Shown: positions 13,001 through 28,174 of the stretch, piece by piece
Numbering within the stretch: position 1 is the first letter of the stretch
Layout of the letters: every line of letters begins with the position of its first letter
Assembly (NCBI GenBank): GCA_951406725.2
Contig: OX597816.1
Location: 33,542,001-33,606,000 of the forward strand
Direction: 5' to 3'
Length of the DNA: 64,000 nucleotides
Origin: Octopus vulgaris
Taxonomy: Eukaryota
Made by a program: the position numbers and the translations under genes
Notes under the pieces: generated by a model
Told to the model about the DNA's origin: nothing
The model's input: the letters and a program-made list of their open reading frames with translations, nothing else
Databases searched by the model: none

Positions 13001-14010
13001 AATAAGCCATGCAATTATTTCTATTGTCTAAACGTACATGGAATTTTGCCCCAGCATGGCTTAAACAGTAACAAGATGAAAAACTTAAGTAGATGTGTAT
13101 AAGACAATATTGTTTTTTATTGACTTTCATAAGTACCGGATACTTAGATGGGGATAGAAAATGAGATATCGTTAGATTAACGTCTCTCTATTGTGCTTCC
13201 TAGACATTCGTATACATTTGGAAGAGGATTTTATTAACCAGAATCGTTAATGTCCTTTTTGTAGCGTGGGGTAAGTAATACATTATATTATGCAGGCAGT
13301 TTAATTAGAACAGTTATTCTTTCGGTACCATAACAAATTCCTCCTTCAGGGCGGGCAAATAATAAAATTTAGGAATGAATTCCTTACTTTTAACCTAACC
13401 AAATTATCTTTAGATGCGAAGATTAGAAATTAGTGGAAGAGAAAATATACTTTTATGTGTTGGATTTTAGGCATTAGCAGGTCGAGAAGGAAGAATTATC
13501 TAAAGAATTACATTTATAATGCAACATAGATATCAACTTTTCTTGCGGGATTCGCCTGTTTAACGCTGGCAGTTTCCAAGTTATGCACAAGCTTCATTGG
13601 CGTATACGACTTGTAGTTTTATTCGGCCTGTTTTATCAGAGTATTAAGAATCAGGAAAACTGTAAATCGGATTTTCAAGTATAGAATGTTATGAAGAAAG
13701 TGGTAAGGGTGAAAGAAGCTAAACCAATAATATAGAGGCACTATGCACATGCTTAATCTAATCACAAAGGGATTTTATACGCGCATACATGTGTATGTAT
13801 GTGCGCTGGTGTCTACATGTAACCATATATATCACCTCATGTGTGTATTTTTGTGAGTGCGTGCGTGTGCATATATATATATATAGAATATTGCCATGCA
13901 CATACATGAATATACAGATAGCGAGATTTTGAAATAATTGAGTGCGAAACAGACGGAGTGAGAGAGCAAGAGAGAGACCAAAGATATATCTACAGGTAAG
14001 AAGAATTATG

Positions 14011-14044
<34 letters not shown>

Positions 14045-16407
14045 TCTATCTATCTATCTATCTATATGTCTATCTATAAAACATACTGCATATAATACGC
14101 ACATATAAGTATATACTTATGGACTCACACGCGCGTACATATATGCTGTAATTTATAATATGAAAAGATATATGATTTGACGAGAAGAAGAAAGAAGTGT
14201 GTGTTAGCGAAATACATAAATATACAGATATACAAATATTATAATGGATGGGAAATGAAGTGACAGCGGGAAGGTGAAATGAAGAGAAATGTCGTTTTAC
14301 GATTCGTTGCCTTAAACCAGCGACCTGTATTAACAACAGTTCGAATGAAATAATGTCACAAATGAGTGAGAAAGGGAAAAACTAAGATATCGAATGTACC
14401 AGTTCACTATCAACATGTGTCTCTCACTTTGGCTTACGCCACATTAAACTAACACTGGTCGACGGTAGTCTTCGATCGATCTGCCGCTTTCTGCGAAATA
14501 GGATTTTACACCTCAAGAACTATAGAATGGAATATCGAAGAGAGTTACCAGCAAATGTAAAACACTCATAAATATTGCACCATCATTTCTCACCCACCCG
14601 TCATTTCCAATATCTTACTTACAGAATATCTATATCCTAATTTATTTAATTATATCACTACCAGTTTAGACAAAAGCTTGTTTTTGTTGTTGTTTAACAC
14701 CAGGCCATCTGTAATAGAGCAGATCTATATTCCAAAGTATTTCAACCGCTACTTCCTAATGTAATCCCTCATCACATGTCGAATGTAAGATATCTTCCTA
14801 CCATTATCTTATTTTAGTTTGTGTTTTCACAGCTATTTCAAATGTGACTAACGACAGTAAATATCTCTCGGACATCATTGCTGTTGATTTTGCTTTTAGC
14901 TCAATGGAGCATCGAAATAATGAAAGGCGTTCCACCGGTAGCTATCCCACTCCCGTCTTTTATACATTTTATTAATGTATCAATGATATGTTTCGAAAAC
15001 AAATTCATATTTTTGGTAGGCTTTTACTGCTATTTCAAGCAAGTCGAATAACCAAATACAGATTCTTTCACGGCAATACAACATAGGTTACTATAGTTTA
15101 ATGTGACAAAATTGTCTTAAGAAGCTTAATGTGTTTACATTGTTTATTTATTCCTCCGTGTAACATCTCGGCCATGAAGGACTGTAGTGTAACAACTGAA
15201 GTATAAAAATCTTTAATATGCTCGCTCAGCCGTAAAGATCGTTAATGAAAGAACTCAGAGTTTTAAGGTAACCTGGCGGTGTTCAGTACCGACAAATGTT
15301 AAGCCATAAATGTTCTGAAAACAAATAAAAATGTTGTTTCAGACCGTTACCCTTCTGTAGAGAAAAAGGAAGCAGTTTAGTGTAATATTCATAGAAAGGT
15401 GAATGCATACTAGTAGTCAAGAATAATGAATGAAAGTTGTAGAAAGAGAGGCAGAGAAAAAAGATATAATGGAAGTGAGAGAGACAGAGGCAGAGATAGA
15501 GAGAGAGAGAGAGAGTGAGAGAGAGAGAGACGATGTTGCAATCAGAAAATGTAATGGTATAACAGTGGAAATAGGCGCTTGTGATGAATATATGGTGAAG
15601 TGATTAAAGTGAGAAACTTAAATAGAAAACAAAAAGAGCGGGCAGGGTGTTGGATTGGGCTAAAATTACAGAAAAAAGAAAAACAGATGTGTACTCGAAA
15701 TTTTAATACTGCTAGTGATGGTATTCCCAGTATGGAATATATCATAATAGTTTTACATTAATTTGCGTAAAAGTACAATCATTGGTAACATATATTAATG
15801 AATGGAAGCAATGTGTGGCGTCTGGAGGAATTAAAATTTTAGGCAACCAAGTCAGGTTGACCTTTTTATCGTCATCAGAAAGAGAAACAGACGTTGTTTA
15901 GACAGAGTATCTTATTTCTACAACAAAACAAGAAGTGTTTCTTAAGAACTTACAACATGTTTACATTATATCATCGGCCTCTACTTTGTACGTATCTATT
16001 TACGAACATACATGCACGTGCGTAGAGATATATTCGCGTGCATGGGCGTGTGTGCGCGCGTGTGTGTTACTATCTGATTAGTGAATCCGTACGGCTAGCA
16101 ATTTCCCATTTTATTTCGTTACATAAATGTCTGTTGTTAGAAGACGTTAACAGGAAGTTAAAGGAAATCTCATAGCATAATTAACATGTGTTATTGTTGG
16201 CGTTTGAAGCAATGAAGGGAAATCAGATCTAAAGTAAAACATGTATGTATGCAAGTCTGTATATGTGTGTGGATACTTGTTCAGTGTGAAACGTCGCTAC
16301 TTTGAAGACAAGATTTTATACTCATTTGTTTGTCCATTCATAATGGTCTACAATATAAGGATTCTGAAGGGTATTTTATATTTTATTTGTTATTGATTAA
16401 TAACTAA

Positions 16408-16612
16408 GGAGACGAGCTGGCAGAATTGTTTAACACGCCAGGAAAATGCTTCTTGGCATTTCTTCTGGTTTTAACTTCTGGGTTCAGATACTCCTGAGCT
16501 CAGCATTGCCTTAAATTCTTTTGGAATCATTAAAATGACTATCACTTGAGCAGTGGGATCGTTGTAATCAACTACCCTGCTCTCCACAAATCTCAAGCGC
16601 TGTGCCTATAAA
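16408..16612 (+). mobile_element. Degenerate SINE family B
   Basis: GGAGACGAGCTGGCAGAATTG head, colinear with the intact copy at 54366-54595. Confidence 0.7.
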
Positions 16613-17089
16613 GTTTAAGTTGATTGATAAATATTTCAATTCATTATGTTCAATTATGAAGAAAACACATTTCTATAGATAAATAATGGGAATCCTTTCA
16701 ACGGATAAATAATGGGAATTTAGTGTAATATTTTGGCTAAAACTTGGCAAAAAGTAACGAGAGAACAAACATGCGAGACACCTGTTTTTTTTTTTTGTTG
16801 TTGTTCAGAACAATACAAACATCGATAAAGCAGATTTGTCATCAGACGTTTTTCAAGTGTACCAATCACATTATATATTTGAGCTAAAACATCTACAACT
16901 ATATTAAATGATGGGCCAGTTCTAGTTGGCATTAATATTAGGGCTACTTAATGAAAGTCTGTAATTGACATAGATATATTTTTACTGGATTGTACGGTAA
17001 TTAGGTGAAACTGATATGTATATGGTTATCATTGCGGCAAGTTCAACCGCATCTTAGCTACAATAATGCTAACGCATCAGCGGAAGATC

Positions 17090-17660
17090 AGCGTGTTTAT
17101 GTTCATAATAACACGTGTGGCCTAGTTATAGCTATATTTATGTGACAGAAATCCCTGTGGTTCTCAGGACACAGTTTATTTGACAGCAACCTTTATGGAT
17201 GAGAGATCTCTGAGTTTCTATAACAATTATTTGACGGAAACGCAAATATGTTTAGGCCACAGTAACGCTTGGAGTCAGAAATCATATTGTTTTTGTAACA
17301 GCAACCTACATTGATCTAATAGACATGTGCTTAAATGGCGGCCATTCTGTTGACTTATGCACTATTGTTTCCATTTAAGAATAACCTTTCCGCGGATAGA
17401 CAACGCTATGTTTGTTTAAGTACAGCACTCGTTGTTCATGCAGAACTGTATTTCATTGACGTAACGCTTTTCTCTCAGACATAACGTTGTCTGAGCACAA
17501 TTCTTGCGATTTAGAGTTCAGTGCGTTTACACAGGGATATCATTAATGAACCCTCCATGATGATATAATACATGAAGAAATATTTGCGAATATATGATTG
17601 TTGAACATAATTCGATTTATTGCCAGTTTCTGTCGGTTTTAAAAGTCATTGAATTTTACT
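17090..17660 (-). pseudogene. Possible very decayed Helitron Pif1-like helicase relic
   Basis: Scattered minus-strand peptides (VVYP, WPPF, FLSHK...TRV) occur in the order of Helitron helicase motifs (YPxEFLN, G.PPH, FSHGQLYVA.SRV). Weak. Confidence 0.3.
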
Positions 17661-19030
17661 CTAAAAACTTATTGAAGAATATGTATTACTGAATCATTTG
17701 TACATGTCGATTTTTATTCAAGGTTAAGTATTAGAGCCGGGCTGATAACCAGATAGTGAATTCCCCTTTTTTAAAAAAATATTGTTTCGTGTTACATCTT
17801 ATGCACGTCTTCTTCACTGTTGATACACAAAGAGAAAAAGCTTTTAGAACATATAGAATCTAGCGTCCATGATAACTTTGAAAGGCTGCCAACATTTGTG
17901 GGTGAGACCTGAGCAGCAAACCGCAACATGTTGATATCGTGTGGAGAGAAACATATTACAAATTACTGTTTCTCCATATTACTGCCCTTTCATCTCTATG
18001 GTTTTCTGGAAATATTTTACAGATGTAAATGGATCGCATAATGGTTGAATCGTATCATATTCTGTATCTCTTTTTGTATCAGTGTTTGATTTATAGCTAC
18101 AAAATATCAGAAATCTACAGGTAAATAGAACGTGAACAGGTAAATTGTTTTCAATAAAACAATGGCGGTTTTTTGTCCATTGGACTAGAAGTAGTGAGGA
18201 GTAAATGAATATATAAAGATAATGATCATAAACATTCACATGTTGTGACTAAGGTGGAAGTTTGCAGAACATTAAATAGTTTGCCATGGGTTAGTGTGAA
18301 TGAATTTAGAGAGATATACAAAGCTGAGATAGGTAAATTATAATTCTTTCATGTCAAACGAGATCAGATAAAAACTGACTAAAGTTGAACTTGCAATAAC
18401 AGAGAAAAAAAATTCTTTCACAAGACAGAAACTAAGTTACAGTTGCTAAGAAATGGTGTTGTTGTGATGTGAAGTGTAGCAGATGTATTGATAATATTAG
18501 TAATATAACTTTGTGGCAAAGGGTATGTGATGACGTATTTGAGGAATTGATATATAAAGCTACTACGACATTCTCATGCTCCAACACGCACTGTATAAAC
18601 ACTTGCACACATACGGTGTAATGCGTACATTGTTGTGCATGAATGTGTCTCTCATACATGCACGACATTCATGAATGTGTGTAGGTTTTGACAACTCCTG
18701 CTTTATATGTAAGCATCATATTGTATATAATAGGCGTACACACATACACGCGCGTCTGCGGGAATGGAAATTGAGAACGTCCAGGAAAATCATCTATAAT
18801 GCATTTAATCCGTTCTAAATCAGGCAGTGATGGTCCATTCAGCTATTTGTAATTGTTATATGTAACGTTTAACGTAATGTTTATCAATATATGGCTGGAT
18901 ATAATAATTTTTGTTTTAATATTGTTGTTCATTATGTGGTTATAAAAAAAATTCTATCGATTTGGTGATCAATTATACACGAATATATGAAACAATACGC
19001 CATTCCACACACACACACACACACACATGC

Positions 19031-19097
<67 letters not shown>

Positions 19098-19129
19098 GTT
19101 GGAAATCTTTGGATCTCGTCTGTTTATTA

Positions 19130-19198
<69 letters not shown>

Positions 19199-19419
19199 CA
19201 TACAGACCCGATCCAGAGATTTCACTACAGAAAACACTTCCTCGTGCTTAACCTATCTGGATTCACACTCCGAAATGTTACTCTCCCCACCTTGAATACA
19301 GAGGCTGGATCTACGTTAATGTTTCTATATATCCACCATTGGTTGCATATTCTTGACTAATTTTGCGCACTCCATCGGTCACCATTACAACTATTGCGTA
19401 ATTTGAAGCCTCCCAAAAC

Positions 19420-20040
19420 AGCTAGTATTTTAGGTGTGAGGGGCTAAGTCGATTAAATTGACTCCAGGGTCCAGTTGGTACTTATTTTATCGATCTCGAA
19501 AGGATGACAAGCAAAGCTACCGAGGCAGTATTTTAACTCAGAACCTGAAGATGGAGTCAAAGTACTCTGCCCAGCGTGCTGACGATTCTGCCAGCTAGCC
19601 GCAATGATAATAATAATGAAGAACATAATCCTTTGTATTAAACGCCTGAAATATTAGTGGAGGGGACTAGTCGATTATACTGACCCCAGTGTTTCACTAG
19701 GATTTACTTTATTGACCCCGAAAGTCAAAGTTAACCACAGCAGCATTTGAACTCCCAACCTCAAGATGGACGCAATCCCGCTAAGCATTTTGTCCGGCCT
19801 GCTAACGATTCTACCAGCTAGTTGCCGTAATAATAGTCCATTCCACTATAGGCACAAGGCCTGAAATTTAGACGGAGTGGTTAAGTCTATTATATGCACC
19901 CAAGTACTCAACTAGTACATAATCTATCGACCCTGAAAGGATGAAAGGCAAAGTCGACGTTACCGGAATTTAGATGCACATCGTAAAGACGGACGAAATG
20001 CTGCTAAGCATTATGCCTAGAATGCTAACGTTTCTAATAG
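19420..20040 (-). mobile_element. Three head-to-tail degenerate SINE family B copies (~19420-19602, 19630-19827, 19840-20040)
   Basis: Each unit carries variants of gtcgattatatcgaccccag, ttatcgacccgaaagg and gctaacgattctgccagct, separated by short AAT-rich spacers. Confidence 0.8.
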
Positions 20041-20806
20041 TTTGTGTATTTTTATGACTTAGGAAACTCCTCAGAATCATCTCTTTTTTGTGAATGTTAT
20101 ACTAACGAAACAATTCCGACACAGGAAATTATATCGGATATATCGTTGATATTTTCACAGTTGGATAATATCGAGCGTAGTTTTCATTATCCAAAATTCT
20201 ATGTATATATATAAATATGTTATGTGTGTGAATGTGTTGTTTCTGCGAAACTTATGAGAATATCACATGTAAAATATATTAAATGTCGCAAAAGAGTAGC
20301 AAGTTTGTAATACGATAAAAAAATATTCTGCTTGTCGTGCAAAGACGTATAAATAGAATTTAACTATAAACAAACTATTTTCGCGAAATAATTTGTTGCT
20401 TGCTGCAATCCGTGTGAAAATTATAGAAATAAATATAAAAATTATATTTGGTGTAAAAGAAAGATTATGTTACCTATGCTCTTATGTTCACAACACAAAT
20501 GCGGCCTCCCACTTCGAGCGCACTCAATGCTTTACTAAGCATTTCTGGCAACCATATGTTTTCATAGCGATTGCTGTAGTAGCACTCATTCGGCTTGCTT
20601 TTCGCAGGGAAGACTACTCAAACCTTAGAAATATTGCTGTCCAAGCGTGTAGGCAACAGACACAGCTAACATGTTGTTGTGATTGCTGGTATTAGAAGTT
20701 CTACATGCAATCACAATTGTGCAGCGACGGTATGTTATCAATATAACCACATGTCTATTATCTTCACTTAACTACTGATGATACTGCATGAGTATCATCA
20801 GATGCA

Positions 20807-21646
<840 letters not shown>

Positions 21647-23229
21647 GGAATAGGTACGTATATACACACGTATAAAATGTATAGATAGACATCTATATTC
21701 ATGTGCGTGCGAGCGCATACACACACATACATATATATATATACATATTCGGACGAATATATTCAAATATATATATATATATATATACGCACGAATGTGC
21801 ACGCGCATGTGTGTGTGTGTGCTGAGATGCATTTTGTAAAAGAGAAAACTCCAGGCCAAAAGTGTAATTTGGGTGTCAGTATAAACCTGGATATTCCCCA
21901 CATATAATTTCATCTCTTTACAATACGATAACTGGTTACACATGGAAATCTTGCTAACTATGCAATTTACTTTCGTAATCAATACGCATCAAATCTTCTC
22001 CATAATTCTATTGGTTTGCAGTCTTTGTAATCATGCAGCATCAATTTGCTACAGGAAAATATAATTCGTAACGTTCAGCTGTGTGTTGTTATTTCCAGTT
22101 GAGGTATATATTCGTTACGTATTTCCCAGTAATATCTTCAGGACATAATTTAATATTTCTGCTAAATTCTAGGAATCTAGACAATGATTTAATTTGTATG
22201 GGATTCTATGTTATTACTCATTTTTATATAATCAAATCAGAACATGTCTCTGAAAATGTCTTCTTGCACACAGCAGTGAAAACTGCTTTTCTTTGGATTA
22301 CATGATGCGCAATATTACTCGGCTTTATATTGATGAGAAACTTTGAAAAACGAATAACCTTCAACTGTTTCAATCGATTGTAAGTTGTATGCTATTGATG
22401 GCTGTCTGTTTTAACATCTGCTAAGTTAATGCGAAATTTTACTTAAATTAATGAATTATTGGATAAATGAATAGCGAATTATCGACTCATATGCACTGAG
22501 ATCACTAAACATGTTTACTCAGGTAATATTCATGCAGCTTGCATTAAAGTCATAGCATCATCGTGTTCCTTTTAGTGTTAAATTCCATGTCAAACTGGAC
22601 TGAGGAAAACTGTGATGTAAGACGGTCCAACCTGGCCATCCTCGCTTCAGTCTTCACAAGATGTATTTAAGTAAAAATTCTTAGAAACGTTTTTCTTCGA
22701 AGAGTTTTGGTTGCTATTTTTACTCATTCTAGCAGCCATATAGGGGATATATCGTTATTTCAATCACTATATCTTTGATATGAGTATGTCGAACATATAT
22801 AGTTAAGGAATCCTAGAGAATGATGCTTAAATCTGATAAATACCACTATTGGAACACATGACAAAAAATCTCTTAAACTTAACAATATATTGCGCGCAAA
22901 CACACACACACACACGACCACGTGCACAAAGCGACACAAACACACACACATATTTATAAATAGTATGAGACATACACACGCAACGCATACATACATGCAT
23001 ATATACATACGTACATACATACACACATACATACATGCATACACACATACATACATACATACATACATACATACATACATACATACATAAGGAAATCATT
23101 GTTTTTGACAGCAAAAGGATATATATCAGAAAGCGTGATCGCATTCACATCATTATATTAAAACAGTGCGCAGCCTGAACCTCCAGGACCACTCCAAATG
23201 CAAGGTTTCCCTATGAACGTGGATATGGC

Positions 23230-23560
23230 GTTGAAAACACACAAGATAGCAAGTCTCCTATGTTAAAGACAACGCCATTTCTTCAACATCAGATAATATA
23301 TTTGAAACCCGTACAGTTACTTATATACTACTATAATCGGACACGGTCTCCAATGAAGCGAGCACTGCTTTTGCAGCTCGAACGATTCAGCAGATACACA
23401 CACACATATTCACCCTGGACTCTATCCAATGTAAAGTACTCCACCGATTTGCAATAAACATTGAAACATATGCGTCACAGGTGTGCAGTTTCCATTCTCT
23501 CCGTCTTCATATCAGATTTTATATAGGCATTGCCTTTCAAGGCAGGATATTCACTTGCCA
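23230..23560 (+). pseudogene. Jockey/CR1-group LINE RT C-terminal relic
   Basis: Peptides LLIYYYNRTRSPM, EHC, FTLDSIQCK and HRCAVSILSVF resemble L.LYK..IRP.MEYC / LD.IQRKA / L.HRR.VS.L..FYR. Confidence 0.55.
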
Positions 23561-25144
23561 ATGTAAGCACTTCAGACTCAGAGGAACCTCCTTTCATTAG
23601 CTATACTCTATTTAAGCTTTGTTACCCTTAAATAAAATCTATATTTATCTGTACTCACCTAGAATATTGGACCGGGTGAATACACCGCATCTTTAGGTCT
23701 TTACTGCCGGTATCGACAAGTTAAGTTTTAAGAAAGCATTAACGGAAACCCCACACTAATGTCGGACAGCCACTCAACCCATAAGCACTGCCAGTTCTTC
23801 CATAAGAAAAATCATAAACATACTCACAAGTACCAGCTCACACAAACGTGCATGTATGTGGGTGTGTGTATCTGTGTGTTTGTGTGTGCGTGTGTGTCTG
23901 TATGTACTTATTGTACGTATATATATGCACATTCATACACAAGCAATCACACATAAGCAGTTATATATTCTGAACGAAAAGGTAGTTTGTGTGCAATTGG
24001 AATATTTTTGGGTTGGTCGCTCGTTAAGCTAGAATTAGGAATATATTCCATGCACATCTCACTTAACGAACACACACACATATTTTCGTTAGTAATAGTG
24101 CAATTGCTAATTAAAAAGTAATAAAATCGCAAAGAATCACGCCTGACGTAAAAAGTTCATATAGAGTGCATGTGTCTTTCATCTATCGTTTCACATGACT
24201 GTCAGATTTTCCCCATATTTATCTTCAAGGTATTCAATCACGGAAGATATATGATCTAGGTGTTTCAGCTTTATAGTTTCGATTCACTGCACAAACTGAC
24301 TTTCAAAGATACTTCGCATGAAGCCGAATCTGAACTGAGGCCTAAAAACACACTAAAGTTTGCAGGATTTGAAGGAAAAACTCAGATAATCACAGACGTA
24401 AGAAAATGTGTTTCATATGACCCTAATGATTAAAAATTTAGTTTTTCTCGGAGAGAACAAAGGGGGGAATAAATGTGTACTTAGTAACATGAATTTCTCG
24501 TATTTATTACTGAGGTAAATTTAATGCATTTTCTTTTTACCATTGAAGCAGACATTGTATGATAAATTCGAACATAGCTTCTGGAAGCATGCTCAATAAC
24601 CTATAGGTTTTTGTATTGGTGCTATTGATTCAATGTCGGGCGAACGTACGTTTTCAGGAAAGCAAGATAGAGAAAGAATAACGATGAAATAGAGAGTGGA
24701 AGAGTATAGAATAAATAAAGGAGGGCTTTCTATATAATTATATGTCCGTAGAGGTAATGTATTATCATGTGAGAGCACATGTTCCGTGTACAGGAAATGA
24801 TCGTGTGAGTATTAAGAATCATTATTGCGTGATCATGTGTATGTGAGTTTAGCATTTCTGCATATATGTACACTCATGAACATGCATGCACATATATATA
24901 TATATATAATGGAAATTTACTTGCATAGAAAGTGATTTGATCGTGATGAATCAAAAACTATTGCAGCCTGGAAGATGTTTATAAGCCATTTCAGAACAGA
25001 TAAAAACTGTTAAATTCACTTAAACATCTGAATTTTATCTGTCAAAATATACTAAACCGCAACCTCTTTAGCGACACAACTTCGTGCTGCATCATGTGTG
25101 TATGTATGTATGTATGTATGTATGTATGTATGTATGTATGTATG

Positions 25145-25182
<38 letters not shown>

Positions 25183-25217
25183 TATGAATGAAATGTGTTT
25201 AAATACGAAACTCTTTA

Positions 25218-25272
<55 letters not shown>

Positions 25273-25989
25273 TTAGTTTATTTTTTCACTTATTACTTTC
25301 CCTACACACAAGTGCGTACAAAAAGATATGTATATTCATATATACATACTTATGTTTGTGCGCGCGATGCGTGTGTGTATTTATGAGAATGTGTGTTATG
25401 TTTGTGCAACAATTTTTTATTACTATAATCAGAAATAAGGTGCATGTTTGGTTTAAATTTGAATTAAATTGATTTCCATACTGGTGACGGTTATTTTCAC
25501 TATTCCTCCTTACCGTAAGGAATACCTGCTCTTGGTTTTTGTATCAAAGTATAATTCAATAAAAATAGGAAAAATAATGACGGTGCTCGTGATTCTTGTA
25601 AATTTAGGCTAAACCTAAAATGTGGTCGTGATCAAAGAACACGAGGAAATTATGTTGATCATTAAAAACGTGAGGGAATTTGCTTAAAAATAAAACAACT
25701 CGAAATACATATTTTATAAATGCATGCGTTTATGAGACATTTATTGGAGAGATTTATCATGACTGAAATATTCATAACACGAAATAAATCATACGGATAT
25801 AACAACCGACTAATTAAATGGGGGAATTTTGTATTTAACTCTTAATATATTAATGAACGTGACACATGGAATATAGACGCTATGAAAAATTTGATTTATG
25901 CGATTGTAATTGGTGATTTTTCTGAAAGTACTCCCTTGTTCAAATGACTCTTCCAGCTTCATGCAAGTAAGAATGTTTAATCAGACATA

Positions 25990-26535
25990 GGTTTGTAGAC
26001 TCGCGATATTTCGATCGTGAGTTCAATTCCCAGTGAGGCGCTGTGTCCTTGAGCAACACAATATATTTCACGTTGCAAGACGGCGAGCTGGCAGAAACGT
26101 TAGCACGCCGGGCGAAATGCATAGCCGTATTTCGTCTGCCGCTACGTTCTGAGTTCAAATTCCGCCGAGGTCGGCTTTGTACCAGTCTACTAAGTACCAG
26201 TTACGCACTGGGGTCGATGTAATCGACTTAATCCCTTTGTCTGTCCTTGTTTGTCCCCTCTGTGTTTAGCCCCTTGTAGGTAGTAAAGAAATAAATATAT
26301 TTAACGTTGTTCCAGTACACATTGATGGCAAAACTGAATAGCAACTGTATTGCAACGGACCGGACTTCTCACGCTCTGTGTCTCGCTGAATCTCCCCGAT
26401 AACTACGTCAAGGGTACGCGCGTGTGGTTGTGGAATGCGTGTGTGGCTGTGGCTACATGCACGTTAATGTCAGGGGCAAGTTTTTCCGTAATCAGATCAA
26501 CTGGAAACCTCGTCGTCATAATCAACGGAGTGGCA
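25990..26535 (+). mobile_element. Older tRNA-derived SINE sharing the family C tail, split by a nested family B insertion
   Basis: Head gactcgcg...gagttcaattccc, core tgtgtccttgagcaacac, and tail ctgaatctccccgataactacg...cctcgtcgtcataatcaacggagtg shared with 36662-37050. Confidence 0.75.
26077..26293 (+). mobile_element. SINE family B nested insertion with 16-bp TSD
   Basis: GACGGCGAGCTGGCAGAAACGTTAGC...GAGTTCAAATTCC...AAAGAAATA. TSD aatatatttcacgttg (26060-26075) / aatatatttaacgttg (26294-26309). Confidence 0.9.
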
Positions 26536-28154
26536 ATCGCTTTCTAAGTATCCATGTAAAATCATACACATTGGAATAACAGGATGAAATTTAATCCAGC
26601 CAAGATCGTTACCGTTTCTTAAATTCTGTATTGTATTTTCAAATATTATAAGATGTTATAGTATGAATTTCATGAATATTTTCTCGTCAAATCTATGATA
26701 TGGAGTGGATTTCTCTGTAAGACTATCAGAAGGAGTGTTTAAATGCATGTATGGTAGATTTAAACAGTTACCCCATTTACACACCCTTTCAGTTTAGGAT
26801 ATTAATATTGGACTGGTCAAAACTTATGCAGAAGGAATCTTTACAGATTTCTAGGAGATTTCTCTTAGCAAGTGAAACTGAAATTGTCATTACCGAACTT
26901 TCCTTCAGGTTCTTAGAAGGAAATGTATTTCAAATGAACATTGAAAGTTTTATATTAAAATGGCTCTAAAATGTCTCTGAAACACACTACCTCTCTCGCA
27001 CTAACACATATCAACTTCAAATGATTTAATAAATTAGTACATAAATAAACAAACAACCGAAAATTGAGTAATTCATGTTCATTCACTCATTCTTCTCAAC
27101 TGTTGAAGCAACACCATTTTTCATCACAAAAACATTTTATTTTTGTAATTATATTTTTTAAGTTAGCATATATCATATATTAATATACCATTTTTTTAAC
27201 GGAATTTTACGTGATTTTCAAAATACATGGCACATTTAAAAACGTAAAATACTAGATTGTAAATTAGAATTAGTCGGAGGCGTAGAGATAGATGAAATGG
27301 CCGAAAGAATATCACAGATGTTTTCAAATTATGATCCATTTTACATTGCATACTAATATAAAAATCTCATTATTAGCATAGTGACTAAGATTATATAACT
27401 CGATATACATATCGTATAAGGAATAATGATATTACATATTATAGTGTCGTATATTTTAGGCAGCAGTTGTATTGATACCATTATATTGGATCTTATGGAC
27501 GTTGTAGATATTTCATGATTTCCTCCATATTTCATATCAATTCTGTGATATCCGTTATAGATAGCTTAGATACCAAAGATGAATTGATGAAAACTAGATA
27601 AAAGTTAAGGGAATTATTGAGTTTATAAAGGCAATAGATAATTATGAAGAGATTACGTAGCCTTTACTAACCTTAACGCTTCATTAATGCGTCTTTTTGC
27701 AATACGTGAGTGTAAGATCTCTACAACGTTAATTTAAGATTGCAGAATTCAGAGTAATATCAACGAGTAGTAATCATTGAAAACTTATTGAAATACGGAA
27801 CTCATTTCTTCATTGCTGTCGTTGCTATAATTCTTGTTGCTATCGCAGTTTATATTATTAAGTAATCTCGTATATCTATACTTGGTCAGATCTGTTTCTG
27901 ACCTCCAATCATACGATGATAGGCAATTTTGACAGGTCAATGCATTATAGGCTGACGACATACACTTTGTCGAGAAGTGGATGGTCACGTTTGCAATATG
28001 ACAGAAGGTCAATTAGAAATTGTTTTTCTCCGTTCTTTCTTCATAGCGATGAAATATTCAGGTACCATCAAATGAGAAATATACAATTGGTCAGTGATTA
28101 ATAAATGTAATTGCAAATATATTGTCAAATATATTGTCAATTCCTTAATATGAA

Positions 28155-28174
28155 GGGTTAGGGTTAGGGTTAGG
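28155..28174 (+). repeat. Short interstitial (TTAGGG)n, probably within a repeat relic
   Basis: gggttagggttagggttagg, near a tandem caaatatattgt duplication. Confidence 0.6.

Noticed and set aside
28155-28174. TTAGGG repeats as a true telomere or fusion site
   Set aside because: Only about three units, and similar tracts occur inside interspersed repeats in this window.
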